Source: an uncultured Cytophagia bacterium
GTDB lineage: Bacteria > Zhuqueibacterota > Zhuqueibacteria > Oleimicrobiales > Geothermoviventaceae
Assembly (NCBI GenBank): GCA_964464205.1
Contig: CAYXFI010000001.1
Location: 1 to 56,425, forward strand
Direction: 5' to 3'
Length of the DNA stretch: 56,425 nt
The stretch's first letter is position 1. Every line of letters begins with the position of its first letter. Both the position numbers and the translations under genes were made by a program. Shown piece after piece: positions 18,074-25,728 of the stretch. Below the pieces are notes generated by a model that worked only from the letters and a program-made list of their open reading frames with translations, had not been told where the DNA came from and did not search any database.

Positions 18074-18922
18074 TCACTTCACCCTGTACCGAGTTTCCAC
18101 CTTCCTCGAAAGCGCCCGTAACTTCTCCTCGTTCCGAATAATCTGATCCCGCACACTCTCCAATTGCTCCGGTATCAAAACCTCAACTCTCTCGCCAGCC
18201 TCCTTCCCTAACTCGCCAGCCTTCGACCTGTCCACCTCGCCCGTATGCTCCGACCGAAGACGCTCGCTCTCCGCAATAGCAGCCTCCGCTACCTCCTCTA
18301 CCGTCCGCTCGCTCTCGTCCGGTATCTCCCGATACCGCTCCAAAATCTCGTGAACCTCGTCCGCCTTCAACAAACACTTCTCCGCTCGCCAGTCGCTCTC
18401 GCTCTCACCGCCCTTCCCGTCATTCAACACCTTCGGCAACAACGTCTGAAAAAATGACGTCCGATTCCTCGCGTTCTCCTTCACCCACTTCAATAACGCC
18501 AAAGCATCCGGATGCTTGCACGCCTCAAGCTCCGTCACCCCGCCGCTCAAATGACGGTAAACCCAAATCACGTCGTTTCGAAAGTCAAACTCCCCACGCG
18601 GCCGCTCGCCAGCCAACTCACCCGCCAATCCGTCCTCAACAGCACTCGATACCAACGCCTCACGCAAAAGCTCCTTCCGCTCCTCCGCACTCATCCCATC
18701 CAACAACTGCCTCGCCGCCGCCTTCCGCACCCTCTCCGCTTCCGCCCTCCGCTTCGCAGCAGCCGATAACCGCTCCCGCTTCGCAACCCGCTCCCGCTTC
18801 CGCTCCTCAACCGCCTCCACCGTCGCACCGTCCCCCTCCAACCGCGCCGCCTCCGCCAACTCCTCCGCCGTAAATACCCCCGCCCGCTCCACCGCTGCCA
18901 TCGTCTCGCTCTTGATCGCCAT
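18074..18922 (-). CDS. Possible terminase small subunit or DNA-recognition protein
   Basis: First gene of the block, directly upstream of terL. Highly charged and helical. Placed by position only. Confidence 0.35.
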   Translation of the reverse strand: MAIKSETMAAVERAGVFTAEELAEAARLEGDGATVEAVEERKRERVAKRERLSAAAKRRAEAERVRKAAARQLLDGMSAEERKELLREALVSSAVEDGLAGELAGERPRGEFDFRNDVIWVYRHLSGGVTELEACKHPDALALLKWVKENARNRTSFFQTLLPKVLNDGKGGESESDWRAEKCLLKADEVHEILERYREIPDESERTVEEVAEAAIAESERLRSEHTGEVDRSKAGELGKEAGERVEVLIPEQLESVRDQIIRNEEKLRALSRKVETRYRVK

Positions 18923-19067
18923 CTCACCAACCCTCCACGACTTGAAGTTGCCTAGCTTAACATACCAGATTCGTAGGCATGTCGGGGAGGGTTACTCCGG
19001 AGTCCCGGGGTTTCGTAGGCGGGGGGGTGCGGGTCAGATCCCCGCGGCGGCGGGCGGCGGGCCGGCG

Positions 19068-19253
19068 CCGTGCGCGCGGGCGGCGGCGGCGTGCTGAAGC
19101 CTGAGCGCTGGGCCGTGCGCGCGGGCGGCGGCGTGCTGGGCGCTGGGCCTGCACAGGCCGTGCGCGCGGGCCCGCAGCCTGCCCCGTGCGCGCGGGCCGA
19201 AACCACGTAACCGATAGGCCATAGAAGGGTGAAACATGCCCGTGCGCGCGGGC
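19068..19253. repeat. Five iteron-like copies of CCGTGCGCGCGGGC
   Basis: Exact 14-mers at 19068, 19113, 19158, 19184 and 19240. Copies 1 and 2 extend as ...GGCGGCGGC(GGC)GTGCTG. Copies 4 and 5 extend as CCCGTGCGCGCGGGCCGAAACCACGT. Confidence 0.85.
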
Positions 19254-19310
19254 CGAAACCACGTGCTGTAGCCACGTCCGCATGGTGTGCTTGGATATTT
19301 CGGAGCCTCC

Positions 19311-19355
19311 CCCTTACGCGAGGATGATCGAGTGGCCCAAAAAAAGCCGCGCTGC
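19311..19355. repeat. 45-nt conserved element, copy 1
   Basis: cccttacgcgaggatgatcgagtggcccaaaaaaagccgcgctgc; 42/45 identical to 29295..29339, same orientation. Confidence 0.85.
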
Positions 19356-19613
19356 TTTTTGAGCGCTTCGCGTAAAAATCGAGAAAAAATCGCCGCGCCC
19401 CGAGCATTCCCGCAGATCCAACTGTTGGACCAGCGCCTTGCAGATTCGAGCGCCCCGTTCACCCCCCCCTGTAGAGGGGGTATCACCCCCCCTGCAGGGT
19501 GATGAACATGCGGACACTATCGCCCGCCCCCCCCAAAAAACACCCAAAAAACACCCCGAAAATAATAACTCACTTATTCCCCACAATTCGCACCAAAATA
19601 CACGTCACTCTGA

Positions 19614-19655
19614 TTGACAAACTAGCACTCACTTATTAAGCTGCCCATTGGGCAG
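19614..19655 (+). promoter_or_regulatory. Candidate sigma70-like promoter plus palindrome for the plus-strand operon
   Basis: TTGACA (19614-19619), 17-nt spacer, TAAGCT (19637-19642). Perfect palindrome CTGCCCattGGGCAG at 19641-19655. Confidence 0.35.
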
Positions 19656-19694
19656 CGAGGAGACAACTTCCCCCCAACTCACAAAGAGCCCCCC

Positions 19695-19844
19695 ATGCCC
19701 CCCCCAGCAGTTTCACGGGCCTTACTGGCCCACGCCGAGGCGGAGCGCCTCAATACTCTCTTGCGGCGGCGTGCTCGCCGTCGCGCAGCCAGACGCACGC
19801 TGCGCTGGCTGATCCTTTCCCTTTCCAGGAGCAAAACGCGATGA
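19695..19844 (+). CDS. Possible 49-aa Arg-rich leader ORF
   Basis: Below the ORF-track size cut-off. Hand translation: MPPPAVSRALLAHAEAERLNTLLRRRARRRAARRTLRWLILSLSRSKTR. Its stop overlaps the next ATG (ATGA). Weak RBS. Confidence 0.25.
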   Translation: MPPPAVSRALLAHAEAERLNTLLRRRARRRAARRTLRWLILSLSRSKTR

Positions 19845-20068
19845 AAGACCCCCACCAGCTCGCCGCAGACGCCGCCAGAGCCGCCGGCGCGGCGCAAGTG
19901 ACCATGGAAGCCTGGGCGCGTCACATCTTCCACCACCCGGAGGACGACCCCGAGGGAAACGTGCTGCAGACCCTCGTCATGGTCCACGCCCGCCTGCACC
20001 AGCAGGCTGCCCTTGCAGCCAGCCAGCTGTTCGACCCGCGGCCCCTCCGCCGCGGCGAGCAGAATTGA
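19841..20068 (+). CDS. Hypothetical protein (75 aa)
   Basis: AGGAGcaaaacgcgATG, the same RBS and spacer style as the following genes. Confidence 0.5.
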   Translation: MKDPHQLAADAARAAGAAQVTMEAWARHIFHHPEDDPEGNVLQTLVMVHARLHQQAALAASQLFDPRPLRRGEQN

Positions 20069-20080
20069 GGAGCAAAACAC

Positions 20081-20956
20081 ATGAATCCACTTCACACCCA
20101 TCTACCCGAGGAATCTTTATGGGGCCACGTCGTGGCCTGGGAGATCAGCGCGAGGGAAATCCCGATCGACACACTCAAGAGCGCCTTGCGCGATGCAGGG
20201 CTCTCAGACGCCGCCGCGGTGGACCTCAGACCCACTACCGCGCTCCGCCGAGCTCTCGCGGATTACAGAAAGGAGCGCGCGATCGACAAGGTGTCGCGGG
20301 ACGAGACCTACGTCACGTTTCAACTCACGCGCAAAACGCTCCAGGACTCCCGCATTGACTATGGCGAGGAGGACATAGTAAAGATGGACCTCAACACCGG
20401 GAGTATCAGCTGCGAGGACACAGCTATTCGCGAACACGTCTGCGCGATGTTTGCCCACGCCAAGGACCACCGCAACACCAGCGATATCACGCGGCTGGTC
20501 CAGAGGATGTTCGCGTGCAACGCTGATCTATGTCCGATTGTCCCGTCGAAAGGCGTCGCCTACTTCGTCCCCGTCGAACACGCCGACTTCTGCAGCCAGA
20601 TGGACACGTTCCTGCATTCGATAGGCGGCAACATGCATCGAATGCCCGTTCCGAAAGGAACCCCCGAAGGCGACCGCGCGGTGAAAGAGAGCATCGAGAC
20701 ACGCCTCGACACGCTCACGCGCGAGCTGCGCGAGGCGATCGACGGGTGGGACGACTCCACCCGGCGCGACACCATGGAGCGCGCCGCGGAGCGCTGGAAA
20801 ATCTTGTCCCACAAGACCGAGGCTTACGCAGAGTATCTTGGAGATCGCCAATCGCGGCTTATCGAGGAGCTTGCAAAGGCGAAGGCCGCGCTGGTCAAGA
20901 AGATCATGCGCAAAGACACGTCAGGCAAACCCTTGCTCGCTGCTTGCTCCCAGTGA
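20081..20956 (+). CDS. Hypothetical 291-aa protein, partner of the MoxR/VWA pair
   Basis: GAGGAGcaaaacacATG. Globular N part and helical C part. No motif recognised. Confidence 0.6.
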   Translation: MNPLHTHLPEESLWGHVVAWEISAREIPIDTLKSALRDAGLSDAAAVDLRPTTALRRALADYRKERAIDKVSRDETYVTFQLTRKTLQDSRIDYGEEDIVKMDLNTGSISCEDTAIREHVCAMFAHAKDHRNTSDITRLVQRMFACNADLCPIVPSKGVAYFVPVEHADFCSQMDTFLHSIGGNMHRMPVPKGTPEGDRAVKESIETRLDTLTRELREAIDGWDDSTRRDTMERAAERWKILSHKTEAYAEYLGDRQSRLIEELAKAKAALVKKIMRKDTSGKPLLAACSQ

Positions 20957-21042
20957 GAGGGCGCTGGGCGCTCCGGCGCCCAGCGTAATCACGCCGCGGG
21001 AGCGTACCCCGCGCTGGCCCCCAGCCCAGAAGGAGCAACACG

Positions 21043-21264
21043 ATGGGAAAAATCACACTTGCCAGACAGTTTTTGTGGCGACTCCACCGCGCCAAACACA
21101 CAGAGTCGCTTGACAAGATCGAGCAGGAAATGCGCGGCGCTGCAATCTACTACTCAGACGACCGCAGGGCTCAACTTGAAACCTGGACGTTTGAAGACGG
21201 GTCAATACTATCGTGGGACGACAGAACCTATTCCACCTACACTCCAAAGGAAGAGGAGAACTGA
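21043..21264 (+). CDS. Hypothetical protein (73 aa)
   Basis: AGGAGcaacacgATG. Confidence 0.5.
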   Translation: MGKITLARQFLWRLHRAKHTESLDKIEQEMRGAAIYYSDDRRAQLETWTFEDGSILSWDDRTYSTYTPKEEEN

Positions 21265-21267
21265 TCG

Positions 21268-22380
21268 ATGACAACCCCCACCCCCCAGGAAAAACTCCAG
21301 GCCTGCCGCGCGACCCTACGCTCTACGCTGATCGAGCGCGACGTAGAAATTGACCTGTGCCTTACGGCGCTGGTCGCACGCGAGCACGTGTTGCTTGTGG
21401 GACCGCCTGGCACGGCGAAGAGCATGCTCGCCAGCGCAATCGTCCGCTGGCTGGACGGCAGAAAGTTCGAGATCCTCTTGACCAAATTCAGCACACCCGA
21501 GGAGGTTTTCGGGCCGATCAGCCTGTCCGGCCTGAAATCCGACCGATATCGCAGAATCACCGCCGGCAAATTGCCCGATTGCGAGATCGCTTTCGTTGAC
21601 GAGATCTTCAAGGCCTCATCGGCAATCCTCAACACCATGTTGACCGTGCTAAATGAACGTCGATATGACAACGACGGCGAGAGACTCAGCTGCCCCCTGC
21701 AGCTCGCAATTGCAGCATCGAACGAATGGCCCGGATCAAACGGAGACGGAAAAGAACTGGGCGCCCTGTTTGACCGCTTCGTCTTGCGCAAATCCGTCCG
21801 CCCTATCACCACTGAGCGCGGCCTTGATCGGTTGCTCTGGACAGCAGAGCTTGAGCCGGCTTTTCACACCAAAATCAACGCCGCCGAGGTTTCCTTCCTC
21901 CAGCACGACGCCGCGCTGCTGGGCTGGTCCGACGCCGCTAAAGCGGCTTTGCCCGAGATTATCCACGCCGTTCGCGCCGAGGGAATCAGCCCCGGAGATC
22001 GCCGGCTGCGCAAATCCGTCCGGATCGCCCAAGCGTACGCCGTGTTGGAAGGACACGCCCAGGTGGAGAAAGAAGACCTAGAAATCCTCGCCCACACGCT
22101 TTGGGACGACCCATCGGAGCAACCCCAAAAGGCCGCCGAAATCGTCGGCCGAATCGCCAATCCCGAGGGAATGAAAATTAACAGCTTGCTCCTCGAAGCA
22201 GAGCAGATTATCGCCAAACTAGACGTCCGAGACCTTGCCGCGACCGCCAGCGCGAGCAAGAAACTCAGCGAGATCCACGACCAGCTGAAGAAAGCGAGCG
22301 GACACCGAGCCGAGGTAGGCGCCGAGCACGTTGCCGGCGAGATCAAGAGAATCAGGCTCGCGACTGTGGAGGCGCTCTGA
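21268..22380 (+). CDS. MoxR/RavA/CobS-type AAA+ ATPase
   Basis: Walker A LLVGPPGTAKS; Walker B with the RavA-like stretch IAFVDEIFKASSAILNTMLTVLNERRY; sensor AASNEWP; FDRFVLR. Confidence 0.9.
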   Translation: MTTPTPQEKLQACRATLRSTLIERDVEIDLCLTALVAREHVLLVGPPGTAKSMLASAIVRWLDGRKFEILLTKFSTPEEVFGPISLSGLKSDRYRRITAGKLPDCEIAFVDEIFKASSAILNTMLTVLNERRYDNDGERLSCPLQLAIAASNEWPGSNGDGKELGALFDRFVLRKSVRPITTERGLDRLLWTAELEPAFHTKINAAEVSFLQHDAALLGWSDAAKAALPEIIHAVRAEGISPGDRRLRKSVRIAQAYAVLEGHAQVEKEDLEILAHTLWDDPSEQPQKAAEIVGRIANPEGMKINSLLLEAEQIIAKLDVRDLAATASASKKLSEIHDQLKKASGHRAEVGAEHVAGEIKRIRLATVEAL

Positions 22381-23798
22381 TGACACCCGACGACCTACTC
22401 AAGGATCTTGGTCTGGACGCGCCGCCGGAGGAGATCGACCTGCCCATCGGCGCGACCCCAGAAGACCGCCAGGCGGCACCCACGCCCAGCGCCACGGCGC
22501 TCGATCTCGACCAGTGGAGCTTGCGCCGCGGACGCGACGCGCTCGCTGGGGACGTGCTGGGGCCCATCCTCTCGGACGCCGACCGAGGCGAGCTTGTCGC
22601 CGCGGATTGTCTCGCCGCAGCGTTCGAGCCGGCGCCGAGGCTCGCCGAGCACCCCGCCGACCCCACAGCCGGTCGCTATTTTCGCGAGCTTCTCCAAACG
22701 GAGCAATTCTCGCAGCTTCACCAGACAACGCAGCTTGACCCGCTGGCGTCGGAGCTTGCCGCGGGACACTTTGCCCAGGGACTGCTGGCGCTCCAGAACC
22801 GCGAGACGCCCCCGCCGGGCGACCGGTCGCCAGGCGAGGGAGACAGCGGCGCCGACGACTTCAAGGCCGACATGGCCGCGCTCGGAGCCGCGGCCGAAGC
22901 GATGGAGAAGGCGAAAGCAGACGTCGATGACCTGGACGACACCCGCCGGGCGCTGGGGCTTGGCGGTGACGGCGCCAACCCGGGCTCAGTGACGCCCAGC
23001 GCGATGCGCGACTACTTCGCCCGCGTCCGAGACGACCGGACGCTCCGCCGCATCATGGAGCTCGCCGGCAAGTATCGCCGCTTGGCCCAGGCGCGACAGC
23101 GCCACAAGACACGACACGGGCAGGACGATATGGTCGGCGTCACGCTCGGCGCAGACCTGTCGCGGCTTTGCCCGTCGGAGCTTGCGGCGCTCTGCGACGA
23201 CGACTTGGAGCTCGACGCGCTCCGTCGATATCTGGAGCGCGGCCTGATGCAGCGAGACTACCGAGGGGTCGAGACGGTCGGCCGCGGGCCCATCGTCGTC
23301 ATCGTGGACGAGAGCGGGAGTATGGGCGGCGAGCCGATAGCGGCCGCGAAGGCGCTCGCGTTGGCAATGGGTTGGATTGCCCGCCACCAACGCCGTTGGC
23401 TTTGTCTCATCGGCTTTTCGGGCTTGTGCCCCATGAATACGCTGATCCAGCCGCCCGGCAAATGGGACCAGGCGCGACTGATGGACTGGCTAGGCCACTT
23501 TTGGGGCGGCGGGTCGGACCGAGACGTGCCGCTTGTCGAGCTACCCGAGGCTTGGGACAGCTTCGGTTGCCCGACCGGCAAGACCGACATAATCCAAGTG
23601 ACGGACGCCTATTGCTGCGTCAGCGACAAGATGATGCAACGATTCAACGCCTGGAAGGCGAGAGTCCAGGCGCGATATCTCGTGCTCCTGATCGGCAACA
23701 CGGAGCCCGGCGAGCTTGCCCGGGTCGCGGATCAAACCTGGACCCTGCCACGCTTGCGCGTCGAGGATGCCGCGATCAGCGAGATACTGAGCATATGA
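22380..23798 (+). CDS. von Willebrand factor A (VWA) domain protein with acidic N-terminal region (ViaA/CobT-like)
   Basis: 1-nt TGATG overlap with the ATPase gene. MIDAS motif VVIVDESGSMGG; downstream FWGGGSDRD. Confidence 0.85.
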   Translation: MTPDDLLKDLGLDAPPEEIDLPIGATPEDRQAAPTPSATALDLDQWSLRRGRDALAGDVLGPILSDADRGELVAADCLAAAFEPAPRLAEHPADPTAGRYFRELLQTEQFSQLHQTTQLDPLASELAAGHFAQGLLALQNRETPPPGDRSPGEGDSGADDFKADMAALGAAAEAMEKAKADVDDLDDTRRALGLGGDGANPGSVTPSAMRDYFARVRDDRTLRRIMELAGKYRRLAQARQRHKTRHGQDDMVGVTLGADLSRLCPSELAALCDDDLELDALRRYLERGLMQRDYRGVETVGRGPIVVIVDESGSMGGEPIAAAKALALAMGWIARHQRRWLCLIGFSGLCPMNTLIQPPGKWDQARLMDWLGHFWGGGSDRDVPLVELPEAWDSFGCPTGKTDIIQVTDAYCCVSDKMMQRFNAWKARVQARYLVLLIGNTEPGELARVADQTWTLPRLRVEDAAISEILSI

Positions 23799-23876
23799 AC
23801 ACTAGTCGCCGCCGCGTCGAAGCCGGCGCGGCGCGGCGGCGCTTCCCCCCCACCGCCGGCGCGAGGAGCAAATGCA

Positions 23877-24305
23877 ATGACGCTCTACAGCCAGATGACC
23901 ACTGCAATCCGAGACCTTGCCCAACGGCGCCAGGAGGAACTGGACGCCGCCGCAGCAGCCGCACGAGCCGAGGCGCTCCGCGCCACACGCGCGGGTATCC
24001 GCGGGCTGATCGGGCCCGACCACCCGCTCTCCGGCGTGCTGGAGATCCTGGCCGCCGCAGTGGAACTCCACGCGGACCTGCCGCCGCAGCGCATCATCGG
24101 AGATCAGGACGCGATTAACTTGCTTCGGGCGGGGCGGGCAGCCGACGAGGAATTTCACGCGGCCACCAAACCGATCATGACTTGTGACGGACAATCGGTG
24201 CAATTCACGCGACTCGCCGAACAAGAGTGGAGCGAGTATCGACGCGCCTGTGATCGCGCCCAGAAGTACCGTCTCTGGGCCCAAGACACGACGCGCGCCC
24301 TGTAA
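23877..24305 (+). CDS. Hypothetical protein (142 aa)
   Basis: AGGAGcaaatgcaATG. Confidence 0.5.
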   Translation: MTLYSQMTTAIRDLAQRRQEELDAAAAAARAEALRATRAGIRGLIGPDHPLSGVLEILAAAVELHADLPPQRIIGDQDAINLLRAGRAADEEFHAATKPIMTCDGQSVQFTRLAEQEWSEYRRACDRAQKYRLWAQDTTRAL

Positions 24306-24318
24306 TTCATCCGCGCCA

Positions 24319-24348
24319 CGCCGGCGCAGCGCTCGCGCTGCGCCGGCG
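24319..24348 (+). terminator. Strong GC hairpin after the MoxR/VWA operon
   Basis: CGCCGGCGCAGCG-ctcg-CGCTGCGCCGGCG: 13-bp perfect stem starting 14 nt after the stop at 24305. No U tract. Confidence 0.45.
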
Positions 24349-24456
24349 CACGGCCGGCGATCATCCCCCCCCACACCACAGGCCCGCAACTCCCTGAAAA
24401 TCGCTGCGTAGCGACGAGCTGGTTTGTGGTGGCAAACTCAATAGGAGACTCAGGAC

Positions 24457-24816
24457 ATGATGCACAAAGATCGAACTTGGAGAATCACGAAAATCGACTC
24501 GGCCGGTGAACTTGCCGAAGAACTGACAGAATACATTGGATGCCTCTGCAACGGCTTCGAGCTTGACGGTTACTGGTTCCTGAACGACTCAACGAGCGAG
24601 AACGGAGCCCAGGAATACGCAATCGTCAGAAAACCATCAGACGACCGTCCGGCCTTGCAGGTCGAGAGTATCACCATGGGATGGTGCACCTACCACGAGG
24701 CGCTCAACTTCATCGAGGAGGCGATCGACGGGACCTACGACAAGTCCGACTACGCCCACGAAGTGAAACCGAAGATAGACAGATCAGAAAAGCACCGCTG
24801 CTACCACTGCGCATAG
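24457..24816 (+). CDS. Hypothetical protein (119 aa)
   Basis: TAGGAGactcaggacATG. Visibly lower G+C than the preceding genes. Confidence 0.5.
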   Translation: MMHKDRTWRITKIDSAGELAEELTEYIGCLCNGFELDGYWFLNDSTSENGAQEYAIVRKPSDDRPALQVESITMGWCTYHEALNFIEEAIDGTYDKSDYAHEVKPKIDRSEKHRCYHCA

Positions 24817-24832
24817 AAAGGAACACTGCATC

Positions 24833-25087
24833 ATGAAAGTTATTCCGCCGCTTGTTCACATAAACGGAACAAGCAAACAGGAGTTACTAGACCAGAGATT
24901 CGACGCAATAGACGCTATCGTTGCCGCAGGAGACGCCTTAGCAAAAACAGCGCCGAACGGAAGAGACCACTACCCCGCTGGTCCAGAATACCTTGAAAAA
25001 GCAGAAGAGCAATTCGAACGACGCCGCAACTGGCTGCGGCAAATCATGCTCGAACTCGAAGAAGAGATCCGGCAAATTCAGGATTGA
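24833..25087 (+). CDS. Hypothetical helical protein (84 aa)
   Basis: AAGGAAcactgcatcATG. One 60-nt line (24841-24900) counts 43% G+C. Confidence 0.5.
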   Translation: MKVIPPLVHINGTSKQELLDQRFDAIDAIVAAGDALAKTAPNGRDHYPAGPEYLEKAEEQFERRRNWLRQIMLELEEEIRQIQD

Positions 25088-25116
25088 CCTGTTGCCGCGC
25101 ATAGAAAAGACGGCCA

Positions 25117-25152
25117 GCCGCCCCGGGCGGTCGCGGAGAAACCCGGGGCGGC
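25117..25152. terminator. Hairpin at the convergence point of plus- and minus-strand transcription
   Basis: GCCGCCCCGGG, 14-nt loop, CCCGGGGCGGC: 11-bp perfect stem between the genes ending at 25087 (+) and 25248/25468 (-). Confidence 0.45.
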
Positions 25153-25247
25153 TTCGGGCCGCCGCTGCAAAGGGATGCACGCTTGCACGCTTCAATGGGG
25201 CCGCAGCTTCTCTGCCACGGAAACTTGATTCGCAACTCCCCGGAATT

Positions 25248-25454
25248 CTAGCTCCCGCTCTGAGCTGCTTTGTGGTGGCGAATCTTAATCCAAGTGTCGC
25301 CAAGATCATCGTGGGATATCTCAAGGTCCCGACTGATCTCGAAGTAGCGGTTCTCCTCTTCTTTCAAGATCCTTACAACCCCGCTTGTCGAGCGATCCAC
25401 CATCGCTGCAACGAGCATCCGAAGCTGAGCGATGGACAGATCCACGAGAACCAT
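25248..25454 (-). CDS. Possible small protein (68 aa)
   Basis: ORF after the holin-like gene. No clear RBS. Contains one copy of a 21-nt element that also lies upstream of 24457. Confidence 0.3.
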   Translation of the reverse strand: MVLVDLSIAQLRMLVAAMVDRSTSGVVRILKEEENRYFEISRDLEISHDDLGDTWIKIRHHKAAQSGS

Positions 25455-25467
25455 GGCTAGGCCCCGG

Positions 25468-25716
25468 TCACCTGTAGGGAATCCGATCGCGATCTCGCAA
25501 TAGCGGCCTCGTGTCCGTGATCCACTTGCGAACTGCGTTCACAATCGCCGAGAGAACCGCGGCGACAAGCAACAGCACAGCCTCGTTCGACTCTTGAAGA
25601 ACTGGGATCAGTTGCTCGGAAACCCAGGCGAGAACCGCACCAGCCAGGGCGATCAAAAGACCACGCAGGATCTTCTTCCAGTCGATCGAGCTCAACTCAA
25701 AAGGAGGCGAAGGCAT
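25468..25716 (-). CDS. Holin-like two-TM small membrane protein
   Basis: 82 aa with two hydrophobic helices (LLIALAGAVLAWV; VLLLVAAVLSAIV) and a charged C terminus. Last gene of the operon, next to the peptidase. Confidence 0.45.
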   Translation of the reverse strand: MPSPPFELSSIDWKKILRGLLIALAGAVLAWVSEQLIPVLQESNEAVLLLVAAVLSAIVNAVRKWITDTRPLLRDRDRIPYR

Positions 25717-25728
25717 CTTGACCCTTTC

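Noticed and set aside
19068-19253. Possibility that the 14-mer repeats, or the arrays at 37344-38284, are a CRISPR array.
   Set aside because: Repeats are only 14 nt (or 5 nt), spacing is irregular or there are no unique spacers, and there is no cas gene or leader.
18952-19586. Several overlapping 70-150-aa ORFs on both strands in the terS-upstream region.
   Set aside because: The tract is extremely GC-rich and full of iterons. The products are Arg/Ala/Pro runs with no RBS, so this is better explained as regulatory or packaging DNA.
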